A DNA stretch of 64,000 bases from a phage. Positions 19,720 through 29,632 of the stretch are shown here, in pieces. The stretch lies in sequence record PZ386965.1, one strand, 5' to 3'. Position numbers and translations under genes: made by a program. Each line of letters starts with the position of its first letter. Positions within the stretch are counted from its first letter, which is position 1. Below the pieces are notes generated by a model. That model did no database searches. It was not told the DNA's origin and was given only the letters and a program-made list of their open reading frames with translations.

Positions 19720-20179
19720 CGAGATAAAAACTAGCAGGTTCAGAGAATGTTTCTAGCGCTACACCTTTTGTCTTAAAAAAATTCCAAATAGCTCGTTGCA
19801 AATGGACTAAATCTGCTAATGATGTAATAAAGTATTTTTTGGCAAAATACTTATGGTCTCGCTTTTCAAACAGGTCTAAACGCTTTTCTGGATTCACATA
19901 AACGGCATTTTCCGTAGATTCATAACCTAAGTCCTTTATGCCTTCTTCAAGACTAAACGGAGAATTTTTAGAACGAGTAATAGCTCCAACTCGCTCTACA
20001 CGAATTTTGTAACCTTTAGGAATCTGCAATATATTGCAGAATTCTTCTACAATATATTGCGGATTATTTAGACTTTTGTTAATGAGAATAGCTATTTCTA
20101 GTGGAGTCTTATCTTCCACTGGTATATGTTTAAATGACTTGGCTTCAAGCAAATACATTTTAAATAGCATAGCATCCAT
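19712..20179 (-). CDS. hypothetical protein, 155 aa
   Basis: ORF. Confidence 0.5.
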   Translation of the reverse strand: MDAMLFKMYLLEAKSFKHIPVEDKTPLEIAILINKSLNNPQYIVEEFCNILQIPKGYKIRVERVGAITRSKNSPFSLEEGIKDLGYESTENAVYVNPEKRLDLFEKRDHKYFAKKYFITSLADLVHLQRAIWNFFKTKGVALETFSEPASFYLGE

Positions 20180-20358
20180 TATAATTTCCTCGATGGTTCA
20201 CCCATATAAAGTTTTACAATACGTTCGCCTTCATCTTCGACGAGCTTTTCTTCATGTTTCTGGAATTCTTTAGCCATATTCTCTTCAAGAACATCCAGCC
20301 AATCTTCTGGACCGACACCATCGTCCCAGCTTTTAAACCATTTAACTATCTTGTTCAT
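20179..20358 (-). CDS. hypothetical protein, about 59 aa
   Basis: start set to internal Met coupled to upstream stop. Confidence 0.35.
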   Translation of the reverse strand: MNKIVKWFKSWDDGVGPEDWLDVLEENMAKEFQKHEEKLVEDEGERIVKLYMGEPSRKL

Positions 20359-20603
20359 TCGCAGCTCCCTGAGCTTGAACCACAATCAGAATAACTTGAC
20401 CCGGAATCACCAGACCAAGATGATACGTATGAATGATTATAATCTGAAGAGCCTGAAGCATTAACCTGTTTTGTTTTTTGACGAACAACTTCTTCCATCA
20501 TTCCATCACCAATGTATTCCCAACTTTTTTCGTGTGTATCAGGAATAGGCAACATACCTTCGCCTGGTTTAACAGCAAATAACTTCTTCAGTATCGTAAG
20601 CAT
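20355..20603 (-). CDS. hypothetical protein with Ser/Gly-rich acidic tail
   Basis: SD GAGGAA upstream of internal Met; ORF-track start probably too far upstream. Confidence 0.35.
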   Translation of the reverse strand: MLTILKKLFAVKPGEGMLPIPDTHEKSWEYIGDGMMEEVVRQKTKQVNASGSSDYNHSYVSSWSGDSGSSYSDCGSSSGSCE

Positions 20604-20796
20604 TAATTGTTCCTCGAACAAAACGAACGCCACCGTCGTCCCAGCGGATTTCGGCATTAAATTTGACGTCTTCACCATCCATCATGAATGAGTGTATGAC
20701 TACATCATCGTAATATCCAAGACCGTATTTCAACGAAACTTCTTGAGCAATCAAAGCACCTAATGTGTTATTAGGTTTAATCCAACGATTTAACAT
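20569..20796 (-). CDS. hypothetical protein, about 76 aa
   Basis: SD AGAGGAG upstream of internal Met; promoter just upstream. Confidence 0.4.
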   Translation of the reverse strand: MLNRWIKPNNTLGALIAQEVSLKYGLGYYDDVVIHSFMMDGEDVKFNAEIRWDDGGVRFVRGTINAYDTEEVICC

Positions 20797-20859
20797 ATTG
20801 TTCTCCTCTTGAGTAAGTAAGAATATCTTAACACAGTTTTTAGTGGTTGTAAACTGTAT

Positions 20860-20890
20860 AAACAAAAAAAAGGAATCCCGAAGGATTCCT
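20860..20890 (-). terminator. intrinsic terminator after soc
   Basis: GGAATCC-ttcg-GGATTCC hairpin plus T9. Confidence 0.7.
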
Positions 20891-20898
20891 TAAATTAT

Positions 20899-21135
20899 TT
20901 AACCACTTACTGGTGTAGGGGTAAACATTGCAGCGTTCTTAGTTTTCCAAGTTGCTGCATCAGAAACGACATCAGAATAAGCTGCCTTTTCTGACGGAAA
21001 GATTTGGTAATGAGAATCTGCAATCCGATGTTCGTTTGAATAAATCTCAAACGGAACAGAAACTTCCATACCTTTAACTTCTTTACCTTCACCAGCAGGA
21101 TGCGTAAAGGTTTTGATGTTTACATAACCACCCAT
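20899..21135 (-). CDS. soc: small outer capsid protein Soc
   Basis: 78 aa; GYVNIKTF...HYQIFPSEKAAYS matches T4 Soc; late promoter TATAAATA upstream. Confidence 0.85.
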   Translation of the reverse strand: MGGYVNIKTFTHPAGEGKEVKGMEVSVPFEIYSNEHRIADSHYQIFPSEKAAYSDVVSDAATWKTKNAAMFTPTPVSG

Positions 21136-21166
21136 AATTAACTCCTTTGTTGTTTAATTACAGGTG

Positions 21167-21174
21167 TATTTATA
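21167..21174 (-). promoter_or_regulatory. late promoter (TATAAATA) for soc
   Basis: exact TATAAATA on minus strand about 30 nt upstream of soc ATG. Confidence 0.65.
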
Positions 21175-21180
21175 ACTTAA

Positions 21181-21717
21181 TTAGTAACCATTATCCTGAC
21201 GTTCAAAGTTGTGTTGGTTTTTCAAGTAGTAAAGTTTAAAGATTTCTTCAGCCGAAAGACCTAGACCTTGGAACATATTTAGAACGAAATGCAGAATATC
21301 AATCATTTCAAATTTAATTTCAAGCTGGTCTTCAGGAGACAGTTCATCGATACGACGATTTCGATATTCAGCATGTTGTGCTTTCCATGGCTTCCATACA
21401 CTGCTGGCGGCTTTTTCACCATTGCTCATACCACCAAGTGAAGTCAACAGTTCACGGAATTCATCATCAATATAATCTTTCTGATTACGCAGCCAATCAA
21501 CAACATCACCAGCAGTGGCCAATTCATCAGGATGTTTGTTATGTTCAGGCTTGTCATTTGCCAGACGAACCTGTAAAGATTTCTGCATATCAAGCATTAC
21601 CTGCAGTGGGTCTTTATCTTCGTGAATCAGAGCATTAAAATAAGCTTCTTCTGCTTTATCAACACCAGAAATAAGTTGTGAACATTCATTAAAGTGTGCC
21701 ATTATTTTTCCTTTCAA
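21181..21717 (-). CDS. 56: dCTP pyrophosphatase (MazG-like dCTPase)
   Basis: 178 aa (T4 gp56 171 aa); position between soc and 61. Confidence 0.75.
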   Translation of the reverse strand: MKGKIMAHFNECSQLISGVDKAEEAYFNALIHEDKDPLQVMLDMQKSLQVRLANDKPEHNKHPDELATAGDVVDWLRNQKDYIDDEFRELLTSLGGMSNGEKAASSVWKPWKAQHAEYRNRRIDELSPEDQLEIKFEMIDILHFVLNMFQGLGLSAEEIFKLYYLKNQHNFERQDNGY

Positions 21718-21790
21718 TTCAGTATAAGAGAGTTAATTCTAACATTAATTTTATAAAGCGTAATAAATAATAGGTAACCAAGGAGATATT

Positions 21791-21988
21791 ATGTTTAAAC
21801 TTCCATCGTTAATCAACGCTATTAAAGGCAATAAAAAGAAAACTGCTATCGCCGCAATAGTTGTAGGTGGCATTATTTCATGGAACTTCGGGATTGCACC
21901 GTTGTTAGTTGCCCATGGTATTATAGTTCCTTCTGTTCCATTGGATACTGTAGTTGATTTGGCCTTTGCTATTATAGGGCTTGTTTAA
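21791..21988 (+). CDS. small membrane protein, 65 aa (plus strand)
   Basis: strong SD AAGGAG 7 nt upstream; hydrophobic; converges on gene 61 stop. Confidence 0.5.
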   Translation: MFKLPSLINAIKGNKKKTAIAAIVVGGIISWNFGIAPLLVAHGIIVPSVPLDTVVDLAFAIIGLV

Positions 21989-23007
21989 ATCTTCGAATAA
22001 CGAGATAATCTCATTTTAGCATGCAACCCACTTGAAATATTCTGTTTCATATATTCTAAAATTTCTTGTGGTGTTGCATTTTCTTTCATTACCATATCAT
22101 TCACATCCTTTGATCTCCATGGAGCTCGATCCCAGAACATGACACGTTCGCCTGAATCAACTAATCGCTTCATGCGAGCTATAGTATCCGGATGCCTAGG
22201 TTCATTATCCATTACCCATACCCGACGTTCTTTAAATGGTACCACATCTAAATCTATCGAGCCGCCTGTAATAGCGATTGCATTGGGTATGAATAAACTA
22301 TCAATAGGGCCTTCCATTACCCAGACGTCTCCTTCCTTAACACGTTCAACACCATAAATTTTTGTTGCAGACTCAAACGCTTTAATAGTGATATATTTCT
22401 GAGGAGCATCTTTACGAAGTGCACGTCCTTGGAATGACTCGGCCTTCCCATCTTTATTAAAAATAGGAATCACTAAACGCGGTTCAGGAATCTCTTTCTT
22501 ATACGTACCAGGTTGAATCTTGTTGACCAATTTGGGCCATTCTAATGTGAACCATAATCTGTTCCATGATTCTTTAGGAATACACCGAGACTTAACATAT
22601 TTCACAATAGGATGCTCTTCAGGCAACTTGTCCAGACGAGAACAAGACGGCAAAGAATTTATAGTCTTTTTCTCTGGCTCTGGCTTAGCTTCAGGAACCT
22701 TTTCAATCTTTGGTTCCATTCTAGCTTTTTCTTTACGAACTTCCATTAGATACTCGCGATAAAGCTCTTCATCGTACTCTTTTAAGTATCCGGAAATTGT
22801 ATTGTGGTATTGACAGTTATAGCAATGTACATTACCAGGAGTACCACCGTAATACCATCCGCGGGCTTTCATTGCATCTGTCTGAGAGTCGCCACAAACT
22901 GGACAACGAAATGTTAATTTAAATGTGCTTGAATTATTGATTTGTCTAAAACGAGGGAGGTGAGAAAACGCACGATAAGCAAATTCATTATCTATCCATT
23001 CAGCCAT
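21985..23007 (-). CDS. 61: DNA primase
   Basis: 340 aa; zinc ribbon CPVCGD..CYNC and TOPRIM region. Confidence 0.9.
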   Translation of the reverse strand: MAEWIDNEFAYRAFSHLPRFRQINNSSTFKLTFRCPVCGDSQTDAMKARGWYYGGTPGNVHCYNCQYHNTISGYLKEYDEELYREYLMEVRKEKARMEPKIEKVPEAKPEPEKKTINSLPSCSRLDKLPEEHPIVKYVKSRCIPKESWNRLWFTLEWPKLVNKIQPGTYKKEIPEPRLVIPIFNKDGKAESFQGRALRKDAPQKYITIKAFESATKIYGVERVKEGDVWVMEGPIDSLFIPNAIAITGGSIDLDVVPFKERRVWVMDNEPRHPDTIARMKRLVDSGERVMFWDRAPWRSKDVNDMVMKENATPQEILEYMKQNISSGLHAKMRLSRYSKI

Positions 23008-23046
23008 AGTATTCTCCAGAGGCCTTAAATTAATAAGGCCATCTTA

Positions 23047-23541
23047 TCACAACTTATTAATATTTACTTTAATTCGCTTTCTTTTCTTGGAAGGAATTTG
23101 TTCTGGACCTTTATTTACAATTGCACCTGTAGTAGTTCCTGATGCAATAGCTTGAGGACTGCCACCTGAATCACCAGCCACCATATCCTCAAATAAAGGG
23201 AGTTCTTTAAATATTTCTTTCTGTTGTTCTTCTGTAATGTTATAGCGGGATGCTACGACACTCCAGGCAGACATCATTGAGGCCATTCCATTAAGTCCTG
23301 GAACAGTACTCATCATTCGCTTCATTGAACGAACTGAAGCATGAAAAGGTGTATAAGCCGCTTTCTCTTCGGGAGTAGAAGGACGTTTAAGAACACTTCC
23401 ACGTTCGTCGATTATTTTGGCTTCGTACGCTTTCCATTCGGTAAAAGGTTTTTGCATTAGTCGAATAAACTTATATGCGTAAACAGAATCTATTGCAGTG
23501 TTAATAATACCCATAGGTACCTCCTGAGTATATTTAATCAA
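23047..23541 (-). CDS. hypothetical protein, 164 aa
   Basis: ORF. Confidence 0.5.
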   Translation of the reverse strand: MIKYTQEVPMGIINTAIDSVYAYKFIRLMQKPFTEWKAYEAKIIDERGSVLKRPSTPEEKAAYTPFHASVRSMKRMMSTVPGLNGMASMMSAWSVVASRYNITEEQQKEIFKELPLFEDMVAGDSGGSPQAIASGTTTGAIVNKGPEQIPSKKRKRIKVNINKL

Positions 23542-23731
23542 TCACAAAGATCGCTTTATCACCGTTCGCATCTGTGACTTCATATGTAGTGTCTTCATAG
23601 TGTGGAATATTCCAAATTACACCATCATTAGCTTTTACGCTAATATTGTATTGGTGTTTTGAAACAACTTCATAATCTTCAAAACTTGTAAAAACACTAA
23701 TTTTAGAACCAGTGCAAATTGCAGTAGTCAT
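23534..23731 (-). CDS. hypothetical protein, 65 aa
   Basis: ORF. Confidence 0.4.
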   Translation of the reverse strand: MTTAICTGSKISVFTSFEDYEVVSKHQYNISVKANDGVIWNIPHYEDTTYEVTDANGDKAIFVID

Positions 23732-23732
23732 T

Positions 23733-24392
23733 TTAACCTCGATTCATAAATGCATTAAATATTTGGTCATCAACAGAAATTTCTAATTCGACTTCAATTG
23801 CTTCAACCTTTTCTTCAGGTGGTAATTCGTATCCACACACTACAATTTTTTCATCGATATCAAAATATACAGAAGCAATACGATTAATGTTACTTTCAGT
23901 TAAGTCTAAATCAACATCAACATCTTTTTGACCTACACTTAAAGGATAACTAATACGGGTTATTTTATTATCTTTAACAAAGAGTCCACCAACATACTCT
24001 GTACTACGTTTGAAGTTTACACGTTTCCGAATTGAAAGATATGATACATCTTTACCGTGAGCTCGGCTCATAGGACATAATGAATAGCTAGAATAAGAGA
24101 TGTCAAATCCTACGCCTTCAACATGTGCTAGAGTATCATGAGTAAACCAATTATAGTCGTATGCTAAATCCATTAAATTATAATATGTGAAAGGCACTGG
24201 ATTAACATCATATGTTGTACCTTTAAAATCTGCCCAGGCAACGATTTCGTTATCTTTAACAATTACAAAAATTATACCAATATGGTATCCGTTATTATTT
24301 TCATTCGGTGTTATATTATAACATTGTGCATTAGGAAATTTACCATATTTAAATGGCGCGTTTTTGTGCATATAATAAATCATATTATTCAC
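23733..24392 (-). CDS. hypothetical protein, 219 aa
   Basis: ORF. Confidence 0.55.
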   Translation of the reverse strand: MNNMIYYMHKNAPFKYGKFPNAQCYNITPNENNNGYHIGIIFVIVKDNEIVAWADFKGTTYDVNPVPFTYYNLMDLAYDYNWFTHDTLAHVEGVGFDISYSSYSLCPMSRAHGKDVSYLSIRKRVNFKRSTEYVGGLFVKDNKITRISYPLSVGQKDVDVDLDLTESNINRIASVYFDIDEKIVVCGYELPPEEKVEAIEVELEISVDDQIFNAFMNRG

Positions 24393-24678
24393 CTGTGATT
24401 TCGGTTACGATATCTTTGTTATCGAAATTAGGGTCACAATACAAAACATAGTTGTACTGCATGATACCGCCAGACTTAAGTTGTTCAACAACTTTATTAA
24501 CCATATTAGGACGGTCTCGTTTAGTGATGTTCATGATATCAGAGAAGATTTGTTGTTCAACATCTTCTTGATTTGCAGTCATTGACCACTCACAGAGGTC
24601 TTTATCATAACCTGCCGTAACTGGAGCCGGTGCACATGATACTGCAAGTAGGATTGCTGCCAATGATAACTTTTTCAT
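24385..24678 (-). CDS. sp: Spackle periplasmic lysozyme inhibitor (superinfection exclusion)
   Basis: 97 aa; signal peptide and AGYDKDLCEWSMTA...LKSGGIMQYNYVLYCD match T4 Sp. Confidence 0.75.
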   Translation of the reverse strand: MKKLSLAAILLAVSCAPAPVTAGYDKDLCEWSMTANQEDVEQQIFSDIMNITKRDRPNMVNKVVEQLKSGGIMQYNYVLYCDPNFDNKDIVTEITGE

Positions 24679-24741
24679 TTTAACTCCTTAGTTGATTTGA
24701 TAGGACTACTATACTATAGTCCATCTATAATGTAAACAAGT

Positions 24742-24990
24742 TTATTCTTTTTCGCGAATAATAATTACTTGTTGAGGCTGCTGAGCCGATTTCTTTTCGG
24801 CAACGATAGACCAAATTAAAGTTCCAATCCAACCAACCATCGTCCAGTTAAAGAGTAAAGATACAAAGAAGATTGCTGTTGTGCTTTTTGTGCCACGAAT
24901 AAGTGCGATTACCCAAGGCAACATGTAAATGATGATTGAACCAATACCTGCGATTAAAACTGCTACTGAACTAGCCACGAATAATTCCAT
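24742..24990 (-). CDS. Imm-like superinfection immunity membrane protein
   Basis: 82 aa, two TM segments, LPWVIALIRG...NWTMVGWIG motif typical of Imm family. Confidence 0.5.
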   Translation of the reverse strand: MELFVASSVAVLIAGIGSIIIYMLPWVIALIRGTKSTTAIFFVSLLFNWTMVGWIGTLIWSIVAEKKSAQQPQQVIIIREKE

Positions 24991-25051
24991 GTTAATTTCC
25001 TCTTGATTTGTTATGTTTATAGTATCTTGGTTTAACTTTGGTGTAAACCAA

Positions 25052-25420
25052 TTAATTAAATTTGTTTAAACGTTCAATACACTGGACGTAGTTATTCGCG
25101 ATTTGTTTCTGGGTAGGCTCTTTACCAGTTGTTTCAACATAGCGAATAAATGCGATTTCAGTAGCCTGTAGACAATGTTCTTTAACGCGTTGTTCTTTTG
25201 ACATAGCTACAGTATCAGAGTCACGATAACGTTGAGCATGAGCATCAGCTTGAATCATTCGATTACCTACAGTAACCGGGTCTTCCACTTCAACTTTAGG
25301 TTGGTTGTACTGTTTAACATTCGGATTGTAAATCAGTTGGCCAACGTTATTAGGGATAAAGCCATGAGCACCACATCCGGTTAATCCAAATACCATTGCT
25401 AAAGCGATTAATTTTTTCAT
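25052..25420 (-). CDS. lipoprotein
   Basis: MKKLIALAMVFGLTGC lipobox at internal Met. Confidence 0.5.
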   Translation of the reverse strand: MKKLIALAMVFGLTGCGAHGFIPNNVGQLIYNPNVKQYNQPKVEVEDPVTVGNRMIQADAHAQRYRDSDTVAMSKEQRVKEHCLQATEIAFIRYVETTGKEPTQKQIANNYVQCIERLNKFN

Positions 25421-25490
25421 TTCAATTTCCTCTATAGTTGATAGGTCTATAGTATCACTACCATAGACCCCTGTAAACAATTATTTTATT

Positions 25491-25631
25491 TTATTCCTCG
25501 TCTTCATGCTCGTAAGCATGTTCTTCAGATTCACGGTCGCAGTCTAAACAAGTCGCATTATCATATGCATCGAAAACAGCTTCGTCTTCATAGACGCTAC
25601 AACCACACACTACACATTCTACTTCTTCCAT
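25491..25631 (-). CDS. small Cys-rich acidic protein
   Basis: CVVCGC...CLDC; start at internal Met. Confidence 0.35.
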   Translation of the reverse strand: MEEVECVVCGCSVYEDEAVFDAYDNATCLDCDRESEEHAYEHEDEE

Positions 25632-25632
25632 T

Positions 25633-25836
25633 TTAGATTTCCTCTTTACGCCAATCGGATTCAAAAACTTTCTTATCATCAACAAATGCTTCAACTAAAG
25701 CTTTATTTACTTCAGCAAATTGAGAAGTGGCCCGTAGGATTTGGTCTTTATCAGACACGTCCATGGTAACTTCTTTGGTAAACATATTCCCATTTTCAAA
25801 CCAACCAATAAACAACACTTTAGCCATATTTTCCAT
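25633..25836 (-). CDS. hypothetical protein, about 67 aa
   Basis: start at internal Met after upstream stop. Confidence 0.4.
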   Translation of the reverse strand: MENMAKVLFIGWFENGNMFTKEVTMDVSDKDQILRATSQFAEVNKALVEAFVDDKKVFESDWRKEEI

Positions 25837-25837
25837 T

Positions 25838-26155
25838 TTAGATTTCCTCACAGAAGGCCCATTCAGCGTGATAAACTGTAGCACCTTTAGTATCATTCAT
25901 TTGAACTACGTCTACCGGAGAAATTACTCGATAGAGACGTGGTTCACCTCCATAAGAGTGTGCTGCTCGTCCTGCATAAATCTTTGCTAAACCGATATCT
26001 TCAGTAAAGAATACACGATCCAAGTTTTTCTTACGTCCAGTTTCAGACAGAACTCCTGTTTCTTCAGGAGGACAAAGCATGTTTTCGATGTTAGCTGAAC
26101 TACTTGAACCGTGATAAAAAATCTTAAATTCTGCTTTACAATCGATGGTTTTCAT
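25838..26155 (-). CDS. hypothetical protein, 105 aa
   Basis: ORF. Confidence 0.5.
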   Translation of the reverse strand: MKTIDCKAEFKIFYHGSSSSANIENMLCPPEETGVLSETGRKKNLDRVFFTEDIGLAKIYAGRAAHSYGGEPRLYRVISPVDVVQMNDTKGATVYHAEWAFCEEI

Positions 26156-26210
26156 TTTGTTCTCCAGTAGTTGATAGGTCTATAATAACACAACTACCGG
26201 AGAAGTAAAC

Positions 26211-26585
26211 TTAAAAATGTAATTTAGATATATCTGCGTTGATTTCGTTTTGGTTTGCGTCGTATGCAATTAAACGAACCGCTTTAGATGGGTCATTCAA
26301 TGCATAGAAATGATGGAACATTGCTCGAACGATATCACCATTTACGAGTTCTACCTGGATAGGAGAACCTTTTTCGAGTTGGAAATGTTCATAAGCTTTG
26401 ATGGTTCGCAGATAATCAAGTTTTTGATTTCCGGCTCCGACAATTTGTACGATACGTTTGCCCATGTTTTCCATACGAGATACAATAGTTTTAGGGGCAA
26501 GAATAACGTAGGTTGCCAGTGGAGAAACTACTTCAACAGTTGTGTTTTCTGTGATTGCAGTAAAAATTGCTTGAGACATATTCAT
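26211..26585 (-). CDS. hypothetical protein, 124 aa
   Basis: ORF with promoter upstream. Confidence 0.5.
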   Translation of the reverse strand: MNMSQAIFTAITENTTVEVVSPLATYVILAPKTIVSRMENMGKRIVQIVGAGNQKLDYLRTIKAYEHFQLEKGSPIQVELVNGDIVRAMFHHFYALNDPSKAVRLIAYDANQNEINADISKLHF

Positions 26586-26650
26586 AATGTTTTCCTCTTG
26601 GTTGGTGTAAGTACATCATATCATGCCTAGAGGAAGATGTAAACCCCGAA

Positions 26651-26668
26651 AGGAGACCGAAGTCTCCT
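26651..26668 (-). terminator. hairpin after gene 41 (possible terminator)
   Basis: GGAGAC-ttcg-GTCTCC; T-run weaker in minus sense, strong in plus sense. Confidence 0.4.
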
Positions 26669-26673
26669 TTTTA

Positions 26674-28116
26674 TTAAAATTTTAACTCGTTGGCTAAGCT
26701 ATCTAGGTCAGCACGTGTTGCTTTGGCTTTACCTACGCGTTCCGTACGATTCACCTCTGCCTGACGCATCTGAGCACCTGCGTTTTCATTTACTGTGTTA
26801 GGTGTGTTCATGCCTTCTTGCTCAATCTCAACCCATTTCTGATTGCCTTTACGTACACCCATCAAGAACTTGTTCCACTTATTCTTATCACCGTATCGTG
26901 ATTTGATTTGTTTGATAAGTTGTTGTTCAGCTTGTGCAAGTTCTTCGGTTTCAATTACGGCCAACATGAAATCTGCCGTTGCTGGTAAACCTGCTGATTC
27001 TGCGATATCACTCATGTTCATGTCTGAAGCATCCCATGCTGCACGTCCTACTTGAGCTGCAGTCCATAGAACTGTTTCAGATTCTACTGCTAATGCACGA
27101 AGTTCTTCTGCGATAGCTTTAACTAATGTGTAGCTATTTTCAGTGTAAACTCTGATACGACAAGACCCACAAATACCTAAGTAATCAACCATGATTACAG
27201 ATGGCACAAAGTTCTTCTTAAGTTTTAACTCATTAAGCAATGCACGAAATGTATTAGCATTAGCTCCACCAGTAGGATACTGTTTAACTACTAAACGTCC
27301 TAATGTGGATTTTGAACGCCATTTTTCCATCTTGGCTTTATATTCAGCATAAGATACGTTACCGTCATCAATATCATCAAGTGATACGTCAAGCATGTTT
27401 GCATCTATACGCTTAGCGCAAACTTCTTCAGCCATTTCCATTGAAATATAAAGAACATTATGGCCTGTTTGAAGATAATCTGCAGCAAGTGAACAAAGGC
27501 CTAAAGATTTACCAACGTTAACACCAGCCATTAAAACATTCAGTGTACCGGTTTCAGCACCACCTTTAGTGATTTTATTCAGAATGTTTAATTTGAACGG
27601 GACCTTACGTGCTTTGTTCAGATAAGAAAGCCAGCGTGCTTCATAGTCTTCCATCCAGTCATGCCCAACATAACTATCAAACGAAATTGAAAGTGCTTGA
27701 CGCATAATATCAGGAATAGCTCCTACGTCAGGCATTTTCTTGTTACGTTGTTCTGGAGGTAGTTCAGCATTAGACTGAATCTCAATGATTTTGGACGTAG
27801 CATTATACATCGCTTTTTGCTGGACATATTTCTCAGTTTCTTTAACCAACCATTCGTGGTCTTCAGGAGTATCAGCCAATTTTTCAATTAGGTCTGAAGT
27901 TCCTTTATATTCGGCTTCAGTTAAAGAACTGTTATCTAAAGCCACCTTTAATGCATTGATAGATGGCATTGCATTATATTCGTTAACGTGGCTCTTTATA
28001 ATTTTAAAGACGTTTTTTGCCGGTCCACGCTCAAAATACTCAGAATCCATATAAGGCCAGACCTTAGAAAAATAAGCCTGGTCATATACTAGATGAGACA
28101 AAATAATTTCTACCAC
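26674..28116 (-). CDS. 41: replicative DNA helicase (DnaB-like)
   Basis: 480 aa; Walker A GVNVGKS; T4 gp41 size. Confidence 0.9.
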   Translation of the reverse strand: MVEIILSHLVYDQAYFSKVWPYMDSEYFERGPAKNVFKIIKSHVNEYNAMPSINALKVALDNSSLTEAEYKGTSDLIEKLADTPEDHEWLVKETEKYVQQKAMYNATSKIIEIQSNAELPPEQRNKKMPDVGAIPDIMRQALSISFDSYVGHDWMEDYEARWLSYLNKARKVPFKLNILNKITKGGAETGTLNVLMAGVNVGKSLGLCSLAADYLQTGHNVLYISMEMAEEVCAKRIDANMLDVSLDDIDDGNVSYAEYKAKMEKWRSKSTLGRLVVKQYPTGGANANTFRALLNELKLKKNFVPSVIMVDYLGICGSCRIRVYTENSYTLVKAIAEELRALAVESETVLWTAAQVGRAAWDASDMNMSDIAESAGLPATADFMLAVIETEELAQAEQQLIKQIKSRYGDKNKWNKFLMGVRKGNQKWVEIEQEGMNTPNTVNENAGAQMRQAEVNRTERVGKAKATRADLDSLANELKF

Positions 28117-28125
28117 GATAACTCC

Positions 28126-28488
28126 TTAAAAGAATTTAAATTTTTTCTTGGCCCGTTCATTAAAAGCTTGTTGTACTTGCATTGTAACACATTTTTCAAC
28201 ATGCGGTGCAAGTTCTGCTTTTCTGTCCTGGTCAAGAACTGCAAAGTCCATTACGATTTTACCATCAACCCAGTCTAGTTTTGTAATATAGACTATATGA
28301 TGAGAACCGTCTTCAAGTGTAATCAGAATCTCTTGAATGACATTTTCCATTGCTGAACGGATAATTTTAAGAGATTCATTAAACACTCGTTCTTTGCGAA
28401 TGTCTTCCCCTTCCGAAGAAGGGGATTCATCAACGATTTCTAGATTTAAATCATCGAGATTATTCATCGAAATCTTCCATTTCGTCAA
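28126..28488 (-). CDS. 40: gp40-like protein
   Basis: 120 aa ORF between uvsX and 41 as in T4. Confidence 0.45.
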   Translation of the reverse strand: MTKWKISMNNLDDLNLEIVDESPSSEGEDIRKERVFNESLKIIRSAMENVIQEILITLEDGSHHIVYITKLDWVDGKIVMDFAVLDQDRKAELAPHVEKCVTMQVQQAFNERAKKKFKFF

Positions 28489-29632
28489 GGTCGTTTTCTA
28501 TATCTGCTGCAGACGGAGCATCAGAAGCTTTAACCGGAACTTTAGTTGTTGCTTTGCAATTAATAAGGTCGTTAACAGCGTCATCAACTTCTTTAATAGA
28601 AGAGATAGCACCTAGTTTATATTTAGTTTCAATTGCATCTCGGAAAGGTTTGTGTTTAAACAAAGGTCCCCAGAATTCTACACAATCAGTAGCTTTAGCA
28701 CGCCACGATTTCTCTTCACGAATCATTTCGCCTGTTTCTTCGTCAAGGAATTCACGAGCATACCAACCGGCTTTAGGCTTAACAACAAATCCAATTTCAG
28801 TTGCCATTTCTAACAAGCCACTGAATGGGTCGATACCACCATCAAAATTAACTGTGATTGGGAAAGTAGATTTTTCTTTAACTGTACGAGATTTTTCTGC
28901 TTTCAACGTGAAGTCATAACCGGTCAATTCTGTACCTTCTTTAACCTGACGTTTAGAGATAAAGAATACAGTGTTAGCAGAGTAAAGAATACCTGTACCA
29001 CCACCCATAATCTCTTTAGGATATAGTCCGCCGATTTCCATTGCTGTATGGTTGATTGCAACACACGGAATATCTTTAATAGTCAGATACGGGGTCACAA
29101 TACGGAACAGAGATTTAAGTGCCTTAGCACGAGACATATCACCTACGACTTTCTCATTCAATGCATCTTCGGTTTCTTTCTTAGATGCAGTATTACCGAT
29201 TGAATCGATAAAGATAATAACTTTATCACCGCGTTCAATCGCGTCAAGCTGATTAGTCATATCAACTTTAAGTTGTTCGACGGACTGAATTGGTGTATGA
29301 ACTACACGGTCTAAATCAACACCCATTGAACGAAAATAAGATTCTGAAGCACCAAATTCTGAGTCATAGAACAAACAGATTGCATCTTTATATTTCTTCA
29401 TATACGCTGCAACCATAGTTAGTCCAAACAGCGTTTTAAAGTGTTTAGAAGGTGCAGCAAAAATAGTCAAGCCTGATTGCAATCCTGCATTCAGAGCACC
29501 ACCTAGTGCAATATTCAACATCGGAATACGAGTAGGGACTTCATCACGATTATTAAACAGCTTAGACTTAGTCAAGTCTGCAGTCATTTTAGAAGTAGAA
29601 GCTTTAATCAGACGAGATTTTAAATCAGACAT
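28460..29632 (-). CDS. uvsX: UvsX recombinase (RecA-like)
   Basis: 390 aa; RecA-type ATPase core; T4 UvsX size. Confidence 0.9.
   Translation of the reverse strand: MSDLKSRLIKASTSKMTADLTKSKLFNNRDEVPTRIPMLNIALGGALNAGLQSGLTIFAAPSKHFKTLFGLTMVAAYMKKYKDAICLFYDSEFGASESYFRSMGVDLDRVVHTPIQSVEQLKVDMTNQLDAIERGDKVIIFIDSIGNTASKKETEDALNEKVVGDMSRAKALKSLFRIVTPYLTIKDIPCVAINHTAMEIGGLYPKEIMGGGTGILYSANTVFFISKRQVKEGTELTGYDFTLKAEKSRTVKEKSTFPITVNFDGGIDPFSGLLEMATEIGFVVKPKAGWYAREFLDEETGEMIREEKSWRAKATDCVEFWGPLFKHKPFRDAIETKYKLGAISSIKEVDDAVNDLINCKATTKVPVKASDAPSAADIENDLDEMEDFDE

Noticed and set aside
20355-20865. Apparent long overlap between ORFs 20355..20678 and 20569..20865
   Set aside because: Both are more likely shorter genes starting at internal Met codons with RBS; the overlap is an artefact of longest-ORF calling.
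25838-26155. Possible ADP-ribosyltransferase or phosphotransferase call for the 105-aa protein with an HGSSS motif
   Set aside because: The motif resemblance is too weak and short to support a family assignment without a profile search.
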